This document shows positions 26,235 through 35,512 of a DNA stretch of 44,293 nucleotides, in pieces; positions within the stretch are counted from its first letter, which is position 1, and each line of letters opens with the position of its first letter. Location: positions 1 to 44,293 of the IMG/VR virus record IMGVR_UViG_3300033407_000037, one strand, 5' to 3'. The DNA comes from a virus. Lineage: Duplodnaviria; Caudoviricetes. Below the pieces are notes generated by a model. It saw only the letters and a program-made list of their open reading frames with translations, was not told where the DNA came from and made no database searches. A program made the position numbers and the translations under genes.

Positions 26235-27697
26235 CTACGCTCACGACCATCCCCATTGAACAGCTGCACGAGTCCCCGCTCAATCCCCGCAAGCGGTATG
26301 ACGCGGACGCACTGAAAGAGCTGGCGGCGTCGCTCGCGGAGAGCGGACAGATCGAGGCGATCCTCGTCCGTCCGGCGAACGGCCGTGGCGGCTCGGGTTA
26401 TGAGATCGCCGCTGGGCATCGCCGCTTTCGGGCGGCCAAGCTGGCGGGGCTGACGCAGCTCGAGGCGAAGGTGCAGGACCTCGACGATCGCACCCTCGTC
26501 GAGATCCTCAACATCTCCAATCTGCAGCGGGATGATCTCACGCCGCTCGACGAAGCCGCCGGCTTCCGGATGCTGATGGAGAAGGCCGGCTACGACGTCG
26601 CCAAGCTCGCGGCGCGGATCGGCCTCTCGATGAAGTACGTCTACGACCGGCTCAAGCTGCTGCAGCTGATCCCCGCAGGCAAGAAGCTGCTCGAGGAGGG
26701 GACGATCACCGCTGGGCACGCCATCATCCTGGCGCGCCTCTCGCCGACCGATCAACAGCGCGCAATCGGCGATCGCGACGCCGACTTCTCAGCCGGCTGG
26801 GGCGGTCTCTTCCAGGATGAGCAGCTCGACGATCCCGCCTTCGACATGGACGTGCCGCAGAAGCCGCGGAGCGTGCGCGAGCTGCAGCAGTGGGTCAACG
26901 ACAACGTCCGGCTCACCGAGGACAAGGTCGATCCCGTCCTCTTCCCCGAGACGTTCGACGCACTTCGCGAAGCGCAGCAGGAGAAGCTCAAGGTCGTGCA
27001 CATCACGCACGACTATCAGGTCCCGGGAGGGGCGCGCGACGAGCACCAGCGGACCTACGGTGAGCACTCGTGGAAGCGCGCGGACGGGAAGGAGAAATCG
27101 AAGACCTGCCAGCATAGCGCCATGGGCATCGTGGTTGCTGGTCCCGGGCGCGGCGAGGCGTTCCTCGTCTGCACGGCCAAGAAGACCTGCGCCGTGCACT
27201 GGAAGAAGGAGCAGCAGGCGGCCGCGGACGCGGCCAAGGGTGGTCCCGGCAGCGCGGACAACTACGAGCGCGAACGCCAGCGCCAGGAGGAGGCACGGCG
27301 GGAACAGGAGGTCGAGAAGGCCCGCTGGAAGAAGGCCGAGCCCAAGATCCTGCAGCTACTCGCGGCCAAGGTCAAGAACTGGCGCCAGCCTGGTGCGACG
27401 AGTGAGCTCGGCCGGCTGATACTCGAACGCTGCAAGTCGTGGCGGAACAAGGCGGCACTCAAGTATCTGAAGCCGGGGCGCTCGGCCGAGGATCTGGTTC
27501 GCTGCGGCGCCTTTCTGATCCTCGCGGAGGCGTTCGAGGACTGGCAGCCGATCGAGAAGGTGACGGCCACCTGCAAGCGGTTCGGCATCAACGCCGTGAA
27601 GATCGTCGACCAGGTCGCGCCTAAACCGACGTCGGAAAAGAAGCAGGCCGCCAAGCCGCCGGCGAAGAAGAAGGGCAAGAAGAAAGGGGGTCGCTAA
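26231..27697 (+). CDS. ParB/RepB/Spo0J-like protein
   Basis: NPRKRYD...LAASL...GQIEAILVRP...YEIAAGHRRFRAA...NLQRDDL; HTH follows. Confidence 0.85.
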   Translation: MTTLTTIPIEQLHESPLNPRKRYDADALKELAASLAESGQIEAILVRPANGRGGSGYEIAAGHRRFRAAKLAGLTQLEAKVQDLDDRTLVEILNISNLQRDDLTPLDEAAGFRMLMEKAGYDVAKLAARIGLSMKYVYDRLKLLQLIPAGKKLLEEGTITAGHAIILARLSPTDQQRAIGDRDADFSAGWGGLFQDEQLDDPAFDMDVPQKPRSVRELQQWVNDNVRLTEDKVDPVLFPETFDALREAQQEKLKVVHITHDYQVPGGARDEHQRTYGEHSWKRADGKEKSKTCQHSAMGIVVAGPGRGEAFLVCTAKKTCAVHWKKEQQAAADAAKGGPGSADNYERERQRQEEARREQEVEKARWKKAEPKILQLLAAKVKNWRQPGATSELGRLILERCKSWRNKAALKYLKPGRSAEDLVRCGAFLILAEAFEDWQPIEKVTATCKRFGINAVKIVDQVAPKPTSEKKQAAKPPAKKKGKKKGGR

Positions 27698-28284
27698 TGG
27701 GCGCCGGCCCCACCAATCCCGTCGTCGGCAAACATGGGGAGCTGGACATCTCCCTCTCCCTCCAGGACGGCGTCTTCTACGCCTGGCCCAAGGGGCGGGA
27801 TGAGCGCGTCACCGACAAGACACTGGACGGGCTGAAGAAGAAGCTCGACAACATCGTCCGTGCGAGCGCTCGCGCACAGGCGATCAGTCTCCCTGCCGTC
27901 GTGCTCGAGTTCTACGAGGGTTGGCGTGATAGCGTGTCGAAGGCCACCTGGCGCACCGGGACCTTCGCCGGGATCAATGCGCACACCGGCGAGATCAGTT
28001 TCAATCTGAAGGACGGCAAGGAGCGCGTGGCAATGGACAGCGCGTGGTTCTTCCGCGCGGACCATCCCGCATTGCCCGAGCTCCGCCAGCTTGTCGAGCA
28101 GCGGCTGGCGACCGCGAAGGCCGCGGCGGACGCCGACAAGAAGCTCGATGCAGCTCTCGAGCGCCACGGCTTCCGCCCCCACATCGGCCGATCCAGCAAC
28201 AAGCTCGAGCAAGCAGCGCGCGTCGAGCAGGACCTGATCGACGTGCTGGCGCCGCCCGACCAACCCAAGAAAGGGGGCCGCTGA
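27697..28284 (+). CDS. Hypothetical protein
   Basis: TAATG overlap, phage-like codon usage. Confidence 0.65.
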   Translation: MGAGPTNPVVGKHGELDISLSLQDGVFYAWPKGRDERVTDKTLDGLKKKLDNIVRASARAQAISLPAVVLEFYEGWRDSVSKATWRTGTFAGINAHTGEISFNLKDGKERVAMDSAWFFRADHPALPELRQLVEQRLATAKAAADADKKLDAALERHGFRPHIGRSSNKLEQAARVEQDLIDVLAPPDQPKKGGR

Positions 28285-28318
28285 TGCCGCGCGGCGTCTA
28301 TGCTCGTCGTCGGGTCAA

Positions 28319-28359
28319 GACCGACCGACCGACCGACCGACCGACCGACCGACCGACCG
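28319..28359. repeat. (GACC)10 tetranucleotide simple sequence repeat
   Basis: Ten perfect units plus G, counted directly, inside the short ORF 28284-28373. Confidence 0.95.
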
Positions 28360-28369
28360 GGTGTCCCCG

Positions 28370-28831
28370 GTGAGCGCCTTTGACTGGCCGGCCATGCTCG
28401 CCCAGCTCGAGCAGCAGCGCCGGGCGCTCGATGACGAGCGGCAGGACATCGACGCCGTGATCGAGACCGTGCGCCGGCGGGCCGGCCTCATGCTGCCGCC
28501 GGCGCGGGCCGGCCGGGCGCCCACCAAGACGAAGCGCCCCGCGGCCGCGGCGAACGGGAAGCGCCCGGGCAAGCTGAGCGACGCGCAGCTCGCCGCCGCC
28601 CGTCAGCAGTTCGAAGCCGGCGTCCCCCTCGTCACGATTGCGAAGCCGTTGAAGGTGACCGGGGAGGCGATCGCGGGACGCGCGAGGGCGGGCGGCTGGA
28701 AGCGGCCCAAGGTCGAGAAGCCGCCGAAGGGCGAGCAGCTCGCCGGACAGGTCCGGTGCAACCACTGCGGCCGGATGACCGACTGGGACCCCTGCCGCGG
28801 CTGCGGCAAGAAGCTGACCCGGAGCTACTGA
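28370..28831 (+). CDS. HTH plus zinc-ribbon protein (start depends on repeat state)
   Basis: N-terminal coiled coil; QFEAGVPLVTIAKPLKVTGEAI HTH-like; CNHC...CRGC. Confidence 0.65.
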   Translation: MSAFDWPAMLAQLEQQRRALDDERQDIDAVIETVRRRAGLMLPPARAGRAPTKTKRPAAAANGKRPGKLSDAQLAAARQQFEAGVPLVTIAKPLKVTGEAIAGRARAGGWKRPKVEKPPKGEQLAGQVRCNHCGRMTDWDPCRGCGKKLTRSY

Positions 28832-29019
28832 TGGCGCTCGAACAGGAACGGATTCGGACCATGCCCTGCGGGTGTCACTACGACGTGAAGAGCGGCGCCG
28901 TCACGGCGTTCTGTCCCAAGCACACGCACGCCGACTACGCCGAGGACGAGGACGGCGACAACGAGGACGGGTACGACGACGAGCAGCCGCTCTTCGACCC
29001 GGACGAGGCCGGCCGGTGA
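28831..29019 (+). CDS. Small acidic Cys/His protein
   Basis: TGATG overlap; CGC...CPKH; acidic tail. Confidence 0.55.
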   Translation: MALEQERIRTMPCGCHYDVKSGAVTAFCPKHTHADYAEDEDGDNEDGYDDEQPLFDPDEAGR

Positions 29020-29375
29020 TCGACCGCCTCGCCTTCGCGCTCCTCGTGGTGCTCACCTGGGCGGCCATCTGCTGGGGCGGGTACCGCCTGGCGACGGCGC
29101 TGCTCGACCGGCTGTTCGCCCGGGTCCGCGCGGCGCGCCGGCGGGGGATCACGCCGCCCGGGCGGGATTGGAAACCGGATTGGAAACCAGCGCCGATCGA
29201 GGAGACCCGCCTCATGCCGGGCGGCGACGAGAACCAGTACCTCGGTCCGGAAGGGCTGGGCATCGTGCGGCCGCCGCGCTGCACGCGGGCCACGCCATCC
29301 CCGGCAACGCCGTTCCGGCTGCTGCCGAGCGCCGAGCAGGCCCTGTGGCGCGACGCCCTGGAGGCCCGGCCGTGA
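29016..29375 (+). CDS. Membrane-anchored hypothetical protein
   Basis: GTGA overlap; N-terminal hydrophobic helix. Confidence 0.55.
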   Translation: MIDRLAFALLVVLTWAAICWGGYRLATALLDRLFARVRAARRRGITPPGRDWKPDWKPAPIEETRLMPGGDENQYLGPEGLGIVRPPRCTRATPSPATPFRLLPSAEQALWRDALEARP

Positions 29376-29692
29376 CTGCCCCACGGATCGTTGATGCCAT
29401 CGCCGCAGTCCACGCGGTACTCGAGAAACGGGAGCGGCCGCGACGTGAGATCGTGGCGGCCCTGGAAGGCGTGGACCCCGAACCCGACGACTGGTGGTAC
29501 GTCGTGGTCGCCCGCGATTTCGACGAGGAATGGAGTCTCTACCTCGTTTGGCCAGAGGGCGACGAGAGCGCGCCGGCCAGTCAGTACGACTACGTCGAAC
29601 GCGGCATGGTCGTTCGCGACCAAGGCAATGCACTGTCACAGCCCGAGGCGCTCTTCCAGGCCCTCGGGATGGTGACCGGGATCATCCCGTGA
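29372..29692 (+). CDS. Hypothetical protein
   Basis: GGAGG RBS, GTGA overlap. Confidence 0.55.
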   Translation: MTAPRIVDAIAAVHAVLEKRERPRREIVAALEGVDPEPDDWWYVVVARDFDEEWSLYLVWPEGDESAPASQYDYVERGMVVRDQGNALSQPEALFQALGMVTGIIP

Positions 29693-30012
29693 CGGATTCG
29701 CTGCAGCTCGGCTTCGAGGCCCTGGCGGAGGCGGAGGCGCGCGAGGCGCACGCCCGGCTGCTCGCCCAGCTCGTGCCGATCGCCCAGGGCCTCGCCCGCA
29801 TGCGGCCCGAGGGCATCACCGTGGCCGACGTCCGCCGCGAAGCCGCGCGCTACGGCCTCGTGCCGGCGAGCGCCGAGGGGCGGGAGTTGAGCTTCCTCGG
29901 CGCGGTGATGAAGCAGGCGCAGCTGGTGGCGACCGAGGAGTTCCGGCGCAGCGACGTGGATGCAAGTCACGGCAACCTGCATCGAGTCTGGAAACGGCCG
30001 GGGGGCGCCTAA
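29689..30012 (+). CDS. Hypothetical protein (winged-helix-like)
   Basis: GTGA overlap; ITVADVR...LGAVM...SHG....VW pattern. Confidence 0.55.
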   Translation: MTDSLQLGFEALAEAEAREAHARLLAQLVPIAQGLARMRPEGITVADVRREAARYGLVPASAEGRELSFLGAVMKQAQLVATEEFRRSDVDASHGNLHRVWKRPGGA

Positions 30013-30452
30013 TGGAAATCATGCGGGTAACCGGCCACTCAACGCTGAGCGAGCTCGGGACGGCCGTCATTCGCTATCAGCCACCGAGTGATTCCATGCT
30101 GGAGCGTCGCTTCAAGTGGTTGCTCGCGGCTGCGCTGATGCACGTCGGGATGTTTCTCGAGGACGGCGTCACGCTCACCGTCTACGGGGAGCATGAAGTC
30201 CCCGGGATGGCCTACCGACTGGACTTTGCCGTGGCATGCCACGGGAAACTAGTCGCCTTCGAAGTCGACGGTCTCGCCTATCATGGAGACCAGGCGGCGT
30301 TCGCGCGTGACCGGAAGCGGGATCGCGACCTCGCCGGCGGTGGGATCGAGACCTACCGGTACACCGCGAATGAGATCACGTATCAGTGGCCGGCGGTCCA
30401 AGACGAGGTCCGGGACATCGTGCACAACCTCGCCATCGGCGCAACCGCGTGA
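30012..30452 (+). CDS. DUF559/Vsr-like PD-(D/E)xK endonuclease
   Basis: S..E...YRLDFA....VAFEVDG..YH.....RDRKRDR.L...G....R. Confidence 0.85.
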   Translation: MEIMRVTGHSTLSELGTAVIRYQPPSDSMLERRFKWLLAAALMHVGMFLEDGVTLTVYGEHEVPGMAYRLDFAVACHGKLVAFEVDGLAYHGDQAAFARDRKRDRDLAGGGIETYRYTANEITYQWPAVQDEVRDIVHNLAIGATA

Positions 30453-31321
30453 GCACAACCCGGCCGTCGTTCCAGTTCTATCCCGGCGACTGGTTGCGGG
30501 ACACCGCCGTGCGCAGTTGCTCCGTCGCAGCCCGCGGCCTCTGGGCCGACATGCTCTGCTTCATGCACAACGGCGAGCCCTACGGTCACCTGAAGGTTAA
30601 GGGGAAGGTTATCGACGAGGTTAACCTTGCACGGATGGCGGGGGTTAACCTCGCGGAGACCCGAAGGTTGCTGAAGGAGCTCGAACGGGCGGGCGTGTTC
30701 GATCGCGGACCGGGCGCAGTCATCATCTCACGACGCATGGTGCGCGACGAGAAGTTGCGCTCCGCTAGGGCGGCGGGCGGTAAGAAAGGCGGGAATCCCC
30801 AACTACTTAGCGGCGGGAAGGCTGGCAAGAAGGATAAGCAGGAGGTTAACCTCTCTGTTGAACCTTCCGCCCAACCTTCGAGTCAGCAGCAAGGTTATCC
30901 TCCCCCTGCAGCTGCAGCTGCAGAGGTAGTTGTAGTAGGTGTAGAGAGGGGGGTCCAGGGGGGGGAGGCTGTCCCCCGATCCCTCGACTACGCCCTCCGC
31001 TGCTGCGCCGCCGTCAATGGGGTGCTCGACCGCCAGCTCGCCGGCGGCTATGCCCGGCTCTACCCGAACGTGGAGCGCCCGACTGCTGCGGCCTGGCAAG
31101 CTGCCGGCATTCCGATCGAGTTCGCGGAGGCCACGCTCGCCGAGCTGGCGGGCCGGTTCCCGAACGGCCGCTCCAAACAGCCCAATTCGCTCGGCTATTT
31201 CACTGCGGCGCTGCACGAAGCCTGGACAAGCGGTCCGGCGGCTACCGGCATGCCCGCCCTCTCACCTGGCGATCGCGCCCGGGCCCGCGCCGCCGAGCTT
31301 GAGCGGGAGGCGGCGAAGTGA
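30449..31321 (+). CDS. Replication initiator protein (YdaU/DUF1376-like N-terminus)
   Basis: RPSFQFYPGDWL.D...AARGLW..MLC.MH...SRRMVRD; internal iteron-like repeats. Confidence 0.8.
   Translation: MSTTRPSFQFYPGDWLRDTAVRSCSVAARGLWADMLCFMHNGEPYGHLKVKGKVIDEVNLARMAGVNLAETRRLLKELERAGVFDRGPGAVIISRRMVRDEKLRSARAAGGKKGGNPQLLSGGKAGKKDKQEVNLSVEPSAQPSSQQQGYPPPAAAAAEVVVVGVERGVQGGEAVPRSLDYALRCCAAVNGVLDRQLAGGYARLYPNVERPTAAAWQAAGIPIEFAEATLAELAGRFPNGRSKQPNSLGYFTAALHEAWTSGPAATGMPALSPGDRARARAAELEREAAK
30592..30900. repeat. Iteron-like repeats (AGGTT/AACCT, GGTTAACC), probable replication origin
   Basis: AGGTTAACCT at 30618 and 30843, GGTTAACC at 30643, several AAGGTT/AACCTT half-sites in an AT-richer tract. 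Confidence 0.7.
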
Positions 31322-31884
31322 GAGGCACCGCGATCGCCCCCGTCCTCGTCCTCCGCGAGCTCGGCCGGCTGCTCGACGTGTACTCGCGTCCGAAGCACTG
31401 GCCGCCGAGCGACGACGAAGTCGCCCGCCTGTGGGCCGAGCTCCTGGGTGACGTGTCGAGCGAGCAGCTCGCCCAGGCGGTCACGACCTACCTGCGCGAC
31501 GATCACCAGTTCATGCCGCGCCCCGGGACGCTGCGGGTCCTCGCGTTAAAGCAACGCGGCGGCGGGATGGTGGACACCGAGACTTTGGAGGCGCGCTACT
31601 GGGCATGGGAGCAGCACGGCTACGCGGACGCTGTCGCCGGATCTGGCTTCAGCCCGTGCCCGGTTTGCCATGCCGTCGTCGAACCCGGGACGCATGGCCG
31701 GGTGGAGGTACGGCACGATCACGACCGCCACTTCGCAGCAGGTGTGTCCTACGTCGGTCCGCGCACCGGACCCGTCCGGTATCCGCCTGGCGGCATCCCG
31801 TACATGGTGCCTAGTGGCGGGACGACCAGCACGACCGTCGCGCACGCCGAGCGGGAACCGGGAGAGGAGCCCGTCACCCCATGA
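31318..31884 (+). CDS. Helicase loader/inhibitor-like protein (G39P-like N-terminus)
   Basis: W..LLGDV..EQL..AV..YL.....FMPRPG.LR directly after the initiator. Confidence 0.6.
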   Translation: MRGTAIAPVLVLRELGRLLDVYSRPKHWPPSDDEVARLWAELLGDVSSEQLAQAVTTYLRDDHQFMPRPGTLRVLALKQRGGGMVDTETLEARYWAWEQHGYADAVAGSGFSPCPVCHAVVEPGTHGRVEVRHDHDRHFAAGVSYVGPRTGPVRYPPGGIPYMVPSGGTTSTTVAHAEREPGEEPVTP

Positions 31885-32105
31885 GCGTTATGTCCGCGCA
31901 GGGCCGCAGGCCGCGCAGCCGGTACACCGATGCGCAGGTCGCGGAGCTCCGCCGCTTAGCCGACTGGTTCGACGGCATTGCCGACGATTACGCCGCCGCG
32001 ACGGGGATGACGACCGATCGGGCGACGCTCGTCCAGCTCAGCCTCGGCGCGCGCGACGCGCGCCGGCGGGCGGCCCTCCTACGCGGCCGGGTGGCGGACC
32101 GATGA
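31881..32105 (+). CDS. Hypothetical protein
   Basis: ATGA overlaps at both ends. Confidence 0.55.
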   Translation: MSVMSAQGRRPRSRYTDAQVAELRRLADWFDGIADDYAAATGMTTDRATLVQLSLGARDARRRAALLRGRVADR

Positions 32106-32395
32106 GCCGCGACGAGGCGATCCAGTTGGCGCGCGACATCGCGCTTCGGGGCGACACCATTAGGGCGTACTGCCAGCGCCAGGAGGTGCCCGCGAGTACG
32201 GTGACCAGCCGCGCGTACCGCGCCGGCGTGCGGCTCGGTGTCGAGGTGCGGCGCTGGCGCGTCGCGCGAGTCGAGGCGCTGAAGCTCGCGCACCCCACCC
32301 GCCCGGTCTCGCAGCTGGCGCTCGAGGTGGGGTTCTCGGCGGCCCAGCACTATTACCGGGCCCGGCGCTCGCTCGCCCGATGGGAGGCGGCATGA
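32102..32395 (+). CDS. Stand-alone AraC-type HTH protein
   Basis: R..RV..L.......VSQLALEVGFS..QHYYRA resembles the AraC second HTH. Confidence 0.6.
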   Translation: MSRDEAIQLARDIALRGDTIRAYCQRQEVPASTVTSRAYRAGVRLGVEVRRWRVARVEALKLAHPTRPVSQLALEVGFSAAQHYYRARRSLARWEAA

Positions 32396-32778
32396 CGACT
32401 ACCGTGCCCGCCCCGCGCGAGGCCGACGTGCAGCGCGACGTGAAGGCGGCCTACGAGGCGTGCGGCTGCGTCGTGGCGAACTTCTCGCAGGGCTACCGCC
32501 CAGGAGGCCGCCGCCACGGCACGACCCGCCAGACGAAGGGGATCCCCGACCTCTACGTGTTCCCGCCGCTGCGGCGGGACCAGGCGGTCGCGGCACAGGC
32601 GGGGCATCCGGTGCTGTATCTCGCCCCGTGGTGGCACGAGACGAAACGACCGGGCGGGGAGCAGACGCTCGAGCAGACCGAGTGGCAGCGCCGATGCCAG
32701 CAGCGCGGCGTAGCCTACGTGCTGGGCGGGGTGGCCGCCGCGGTTGTGCATCTTCGGGCGATTGGCGTGGTCCGATGA
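32392..32778 (+). CDS. VRR-NUC family nuclease
   Basis: E.DVQ...KGIPDL...ETKRPGG.QT.EQ..W. Confidence 0.8.
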   Translation: MTTTVPAPREADVQRDVKAAYEACGCVVANFSQGYRPGGRRHGTTRQTKGIPDLYVFPPLRRDQAVAAQAGHPVLYLAPWWHETKRPGGEQTLEQTEWQRRCQQRGVAYVLGGVAAAVVHLRAIGVVR

Positions 32779-33215
32779 CCGACCGTCCCGAGGGGCGCCC
32801 GCCGACAGACCACCCTGAAGCGTTCTGCCAGCGATGCAAGCGCCCAAACATCGTGTGGTTCGCGCAGAGCGAACTCTGGAATCGCGTGATGCGGCAGCCC
32901 GGTGTAACGGAGGGCATCGTCTGTCCGGTCTGCTTCGTGCAAGCGGCAGAGCGCGCGGGGATTAAACCTTCCTCGTGGGAAGTCAGGCCCGACGGCGCGA
33001 TGTATCCGATGGGCGACCTGGGGGGAGCGCCCCGTGGGGAACCGGGTCGCGCCGCCGCGTTGCGCGCCTCGGGCTGGGTGGAGCTGCTGTTCGGCGTGCG
33101 CAACGACCTCGCGAGCATGCTACGAAATGAGAAGTTGAGCGTCGTTGGCAAGGAGGCTGCGACGTTGTGGGTCGCCGACATCGACGCGGCCCTGGCGGCG
33201 GTGCGCCCCGCGTGA
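32775..33215 (+). CDS. Hypothetical protein (CxxC zinc domain plus LRASGWVELL module)
   Basis: CQRC...CPVC; motif shared with 21509-21901. Confidence 0.6.
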   Translation: MTDRPEGRPPTDHPEAFCQRCKRPNIVWFAQSELWNRVMRQPGVTEGIVCPVCFVQAAERAGIKPSSWEVRPDGAMYPMGDLGGAPRGEPGRAAALRASGWVELLFGVRNDLASMLRNEKLSVVGKEAATLWVADIDAALAAVRPA

Positions 33216-33409
33216 GCCAGGCTGTGGTCGAGCGCCCGCCCGTCCCGCCACGGGACGCTATCTTGACGACGGAGCAGCTCGCGGAGTGGCTGCAGATCAG
33301 CCCCGAGCAGGTCCGGCGCCTGGGCCTGCCGGCCATCGCCGTCGGCAAACGGAAGTGGCGCTACCTGATGAGCCAAGTGCTGGACGAACTGGAGAAGCGA
33401 GCGGAATGA
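33212..33409 (+). CDS. xis: Excisionase-like HTH protein
   Basis: ILTTEQLAEWLQIS...LPAIAVGKRKWRY; directly upstream of the integrase. Confidence 0.75.
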   Translation: MSQAVVERPPVPPRDAILTTEQLAEWLQISPEQVRRLGLPAIAVGKRKWRYLMSQVLDELEKRAE

Positions 33410-34443
33410 CGCCACACCAGGACCGCGGGCAGGGCACGTTCCTCCTCGATCGCCGCATCGGCAAGCTCGGGCGGCTGAAACGCGCGTCCGGCACGACCGA
33501 CCGAGAGGAGTTCGCCGCGCTCAACGCGATGCTCACCCGGCTCACGCGCGAGCGCCGGTGGGACCTGCTCGGCCTCGTACAGCAGCACCTCGTGACGCCG
33601 CTCGAGTTGTACGACCGGATCCACCGCGGTGAGACGCACCTCCTGCCGAGTGCCGAGGAGTTGCGCTCGCTGCCGCGCTCGATCGAAGGCTGGTTGCGCG
33701 ACGCCGACCTCGCGGACCGGACGAAGGAGGACTACGCGAAGCGGCTGCAGTTCCCGGCGGCCACCCGCGTGGCAGCCCTCCCGGAGATCCTGACCGCGGC
33801 GCGGGTGGCGGCGATCCAGTCCGGCAAGCGGGCGACGTTCAACAACATGCTCGACGCGGCGCGGGCATTCGTCCGCGATGTCCTGAAGCCCGAGCACAAG
33901 CTCTACCGGGCGCTCCCCACGGCGCTCGACGTGACGCGCCGCGCCGGCAATCCCCAAGAGCCCGACCAGGTCCGCGTGCTCGCGCAGGGCTGGCTCCACG
34001 CGGATAGCCTGTGGGCGCTCTGCCTGACGGCGATGCGTCGCGGCGAATACTGGGGCACGTGGGACGCGCTGAGCGATCGCGTGCAGATCCAGGGCGTGAA
34101 GGGCCGCCGCGGCGTCCCGCTCCCGCGCGTCGTACCAATGGTCTATCGACCGGCGCGGCCCACGGTGGCCTACTCCACGTTCTACCACCAGCTCGTCGAT
34201 CGGAGCGAGGGCGCGCTGAACGTCCACGACCTGCGGAAGACGGCGCAGCGGTGGTGGGAGGATGCCGGGATCCCCGACTGGCGGATTCGGCTGTACGCGG
34301 GTCACGCGCGGGGCGGGCAGGAGCTGGCGACGATCTACCGGAAGCCCCGCGACCTCACCCGCCTGCTCGTCGAGGATGGGGAGCGGATGCGGGCCTGGCT
34401 CGGCGATCCCCCGAAGGTGGGATTGCGGGTGGCGTCGGCATGA
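33406..34443 (+). CDS. int: Tyrosine integrase/recombinase
   Basis: LTAMRRGE (R), VKG (K), HDLRKT (HxxR), YAGH, TIYR (Y). Confidence 0.85.
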   Translation: MTPHQDRGQGTFLLDRRIGKLGRLKRASGTTDREEFAALNAMLTRLTRERRWDLLGLVQQHLVTPLELYDRIHRGETHLLPSAEELRSLPRSIEGWLRDADLADRTKEDYAKRLQFPAATRVAALPEILTAARVAAIQSGKRATFNNMLDAARAFVRDVLKPEHKLYRALPTALDVTRRAGNPQEPDQVRVLAQGWLHADSLWALCLTAMRRGEYWGTWDALSDRVQIQGVKGRRGVPLPRVVPMVYRPARPTVAYSTFYHQLVDRSEGALNVHDLRKTAQRWWEDAGIPDWRIRLYAGHARGGQELATIYRKPRDLTRLLVEDGERMRAWLGDPPKVGLRVASA

Positions 34444-34444
34444 C

Positions 34445-34610
34445 CTCCCACGATCGCTCCCACGGGCCGGCCAGATCGTGGCGTTACTGCTCAGGTGGCG
34501 ACGACGCCACACATGTCAGTCAGGGTAGCGGCCCCTCACGGGAACCGCAACTGGATGACCCCGGGACCCCCGAGCAGCCGCCGAAAGTCCCACGGGAACG
34601 CCCACGGGGG
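34445..34610. other. Probable attP with arm-type repeats
   Basis: CCCACG pairs with 12-bp period at 34447/34459 and 34589/34601, variant CTCACGGG near 34535, inverted repeat GTGGCG-ACGA-CGCCAC at 34495-34510. Confidence 0.55.
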
Positions 34611-34618
34611 GCGATCTA

Positions 34619-35500
34619 ATGGGCGCGACCACCGGCATCGAGTGGACGGACGCCACGTGGAATCCCGTCACGGGCTGCTCGCATGTCTCCGAGGGCTGCC
34701 GGCACTGCTACGCCGAGACGCTCAGCTTGCGGATGGGGTGGAGCAAGAAGCCGTGGACCGCGCCGAACGCGGCCGAGAACGTGCAGCTCCACCCCGAGCG
34801 GCTGCGGAAGCCGTATTCGTGGCGCGCGCCGCGCATGGTGTTCGTGAACAGCATGAGCGACATGTTCCACCCGCTGGTGCCGGACGACTTCATCGACGAC
34901 TGCTTCGCCGTGATGAGCGCGGCGCGGGATCACACGTTCCAGGTACTCACGAAGCGCCCTGAGCGGGCGCTCGCCTACATGACGAGCACATCGAACGGGG
35001 CGAAACGCCAGATGCACGTCCAGTCGTCGCTCAACCGGCTCAAGCCGAGCGGGACAGGCATACACGTGCGGGGCTGGCCGCTGCCGAACGTCTGGCTCGG
35101 GGTGAGCTGCGAGGACCAAGCGGCGGCAGACGAGCGGATCCCCCTGCTCCTCCAGACGCCCGCCGCCGTGCGGTTCATCAGCGCCGAGCCGCTGCTGGGC
35201 CCGATCGAACTCGTGAAGGGCAGCGGGGAGTACGTCGATTACCTGCGCGGGCGGGACACGCGGGGCACCATGGAGGACGCGGAATCCTACGACACCAAGT
35301 ATCTCGACTGGGTGATCGTCGGCGGCGAGAGCGGGCGCCACCACCGGCCGATGGACCTGGGCTGGCTCGAGCTGATCGTCGAGCAATGCCAGGCCGCTGG
35401 CGTGCCGGTGTTCGTCAAGCAGGACTCTGGCCAGCGCTCCGGCATGCAAGGCCGCATCCCCGACGACCTGTGGCTCAAGGAGTTCCCAAATGGCTCGTGA
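34619..35500 (+). CDS. Gp37/Gp68 (DUF5131) family protein
   Basis: TGIEWTDATWNPVTGC..VS.GC.HCYA, FVNSMSD.FH, FQVLTKR, SAEPLLG, WVIVGGESG. Confidence 0.9.
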   Translation: MGATTGIEWTDATWNPVTGCSHVSEGCRHCYAETLSLRMGWSKKPWTAPNAAENVQLHPERLRKPYSWRAPRMVFVNSMSDMFHPLVPDDFIDDCFAVMSAARDHTFQVLTKRPERALAYMTSTSNGAKRQMHVQSSLNRLKPSGTGIHVRGWPLPNVWLGVSCEDQAAADERIPLLLQTPAAVRFISAEPLLGPIELVKGSGEYVDYLRGRDTRGTMEDAESYDTKYLDWVIVGGESGRHHRPMDLGWLELIVEQCQAAGVPVFVKQDSGQRSGMQGRIPDDLWLKEFPNGS

Positions 35501-35512
35501 TAGGGTCGTAGC

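Noticed and set aside
26231-27697. ParB as evidence of a plasmid prophage
   Set aside because: No ParA recognised and an intact integrase is present; ParB-like domains are common in phage early regions
28319-28359. Repeat tract as a CRISPR array
   Set aside because: No spacers and no cas genes; simple tetranucleotide repeat
29165-29188. GGATTGGAAACC tandem duplication
   Set aside because: In-frame 12-bp duplication (DWKP twice) in a coding region with no other copy noticed
34440-34619. Short ORF bridging int and the DUF5131 gene
   Set aside because: Low-complexity product over repeat DNA better explained as attP; translation not excluded
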